A DNA stretch of 64,000 nt. It comes from Victivallis vadensis (lineage in GTDB: Bacteria; Verrucomicrobiota; Kiritimatiellia; UBA8416; CAMCYG01). The notes under the pieces were generated by a model that made no database searches, was not told the origin of the DNA, and saw only the letters and a list, made by a program, of their open reading frames with translations. Within the stretch, counting starts at the first letter, position 1. Every line of letters starts with the position of its first letter. Position numbers and translations under genes: made by a program. The stretch is taken from contig CAMCYG010000001.1 of NCBI GenBank assembly GCA_945883775.1, forward strand, positions 606 to 64,605, read 5' to 3'. Positions 63,210 through 64,000 of this stretch are shown piece by piece.

Positions 63210-64000
63210 ATGGGTTGGTTCAGTAGATATAAGAAGAAGCCTGAAAATCAGATGGCGGAAAAGAAAGAGCTTTGGTACGTCTGTCCGTCATGTACAGCTC
63301 ACATTTATCGTGAAGAATGGGAAAAGAACCTCAAAGTTTGCTCAAAATGTAATTTTCATGAGCGGCTTACCTGCTGGGAGCGTATCGATATGCTCATAGA
63401 TGAGGGTACGGCCGTGGAATTGAACCCCTCTGTTACGACCACGGACCCCTTGAATTTCAGCGATGCTAAGGGCAGTTACGCTGACAAAGCCAAGGAGGTA
63501 AAGGAAAATACCGGACTTAAAGAGTCCGTCGTCGCCGTCAGTGGCCAGCTTAAGAGCAGGAATGTCATACTTGCAGTCATGGATTTCCGGTTTCTGGGTG
63601 GCAGTCTTGGCAGCGGATCGGGTGAGCGGATACTGCTGGCCGCTGAATATGCCCTCCTCCGCAAAAGACCGTTCATAATAGTTTCCGCGTCAGGCGGAGC
63701 AAGAATGCACGAAGGCATCGTTTCTTTGATGCAGATGGCAAAAACTTGCGCAGGCATATCAAGACTGAGAAAGGCCGGCCTGCCCTATATATCGATTCTA
63801 ACAGACCCGACGATGGGAGGTGTGTCTGCGAGCTATGCGATGGTAGGAGACCTTAACATTGCAGAACCTGGCGCACTCGTCGGTTTCGCAGGTCGCCGTG
63901 TCATCGAGCAGACAATCAAGCAGGAACTGCCCAAGGATTTCCAGACGGCCGAATATCTGGTTGAGCATGGTTTTATGGACCGCATAGTCTCCAGGACAGA
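63210..64000 (+). CDS. accD: acetyl-CoA carboxylase carboxyltransferase beta subunit, 3-prime partial
   Basis: Not in the ORF track because it runs off the window. ATG 63210 follows GGAGGG. MGWFSRYKKK...WYVCPSCTAHIYREEWEKNLKVCSKCNFHERL zinc ribbon, then SGGARMHEGIVSLMQMAK. Confidence 0.9.
   Translation, partial: MGWFSRYKKKPENQMAEKKELWYVCPSCTAHIYREEWEKNLKVCSKCNFHERLTCWERIDMLIDEGTAVELNPSVTTTDPLNFSDAKGSYADKAKEVKENTGLKESVVAVSGQLKSRNVILAVMDFRFLGGSLGSGSGERILLAAEYALLRKRPFIIVSASGGARMHEGIVSLMQMAKTCAGISRLRKAGLPYISILTDPTMGGVSASYAMVGDLNIAEPGALVGFAGRRVIEQTIKQELPKDFQTAEYLVEHGFMDRIVSRT

Overview
Bacterial chromosomal window with about 48 protein-coding genes. I recognised no rRNA, tRNA, CRISPR array, transposase or integrase. 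In order, the recognisable content is: (1) a 5-prime-partial FMN-binding-like gene, a DUF4920-like lipoprotein, an FtsX-type permease and an ABC ATPase (1-2812); (2) a giant cyclic beta-1,2-glucan synthase gene (3425-11959, minus); (3) a repeat-rich pocket with small membrane proteins and a short type IA topoisomerase (12.1-16.0 kb); (4) an SGNH hydrolase and a TAT-signal TIM-barrel isomerase; (5) rlmB and nadB; (6) a low-GC two-gene module (lipase-like protein plus exported partner, 21782-24966), followed by a 0.9-kb GC-rich hairpin-dense non-coding tract and a four-helix-bundle/zinc-ribbon fusion gene; (7) ybeD-like and ybcJ; (8) a minus-strand cluster of GT4 glycosyltransferase, predicted pseudokinase, fused binding-protein/permease and giant permease (28466-35434); (9) assorted housekeeping genes (dCMP deaminase, M3 peptidase, flavoprotein, rRNA methyltransferase, radical SAM, UPF0210/ACT pair, Gfo/Idh/MocA oxidoreductase); (10) a small HTH gene plus a PD-(D/E)xK-like gene; (11) a seven-gene AraC-controlled rhamnose-type locus (52467-61419); (12) apgM and the 5-prime part of accD. 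The most unusual signals lie between genes. Nearly every longer intergenic region is a mosaic of at least six repeat families, including a palindromic MITE-like element flanked by direct repeats. Many short spacers are degenerate tandem heptanucleotide tracts that resemble cyanobacterial STRR repeats. The gene content (TAT-signal oxidoreductases and isomerases, sugar catabolism) instead suggests a PVC-type heterotroph, but that is a weak inference. Several listed ORF starts are inflated because they read into repeats, so I give corrected starts. All family assignments come from motif recognition by eye, not from searches.
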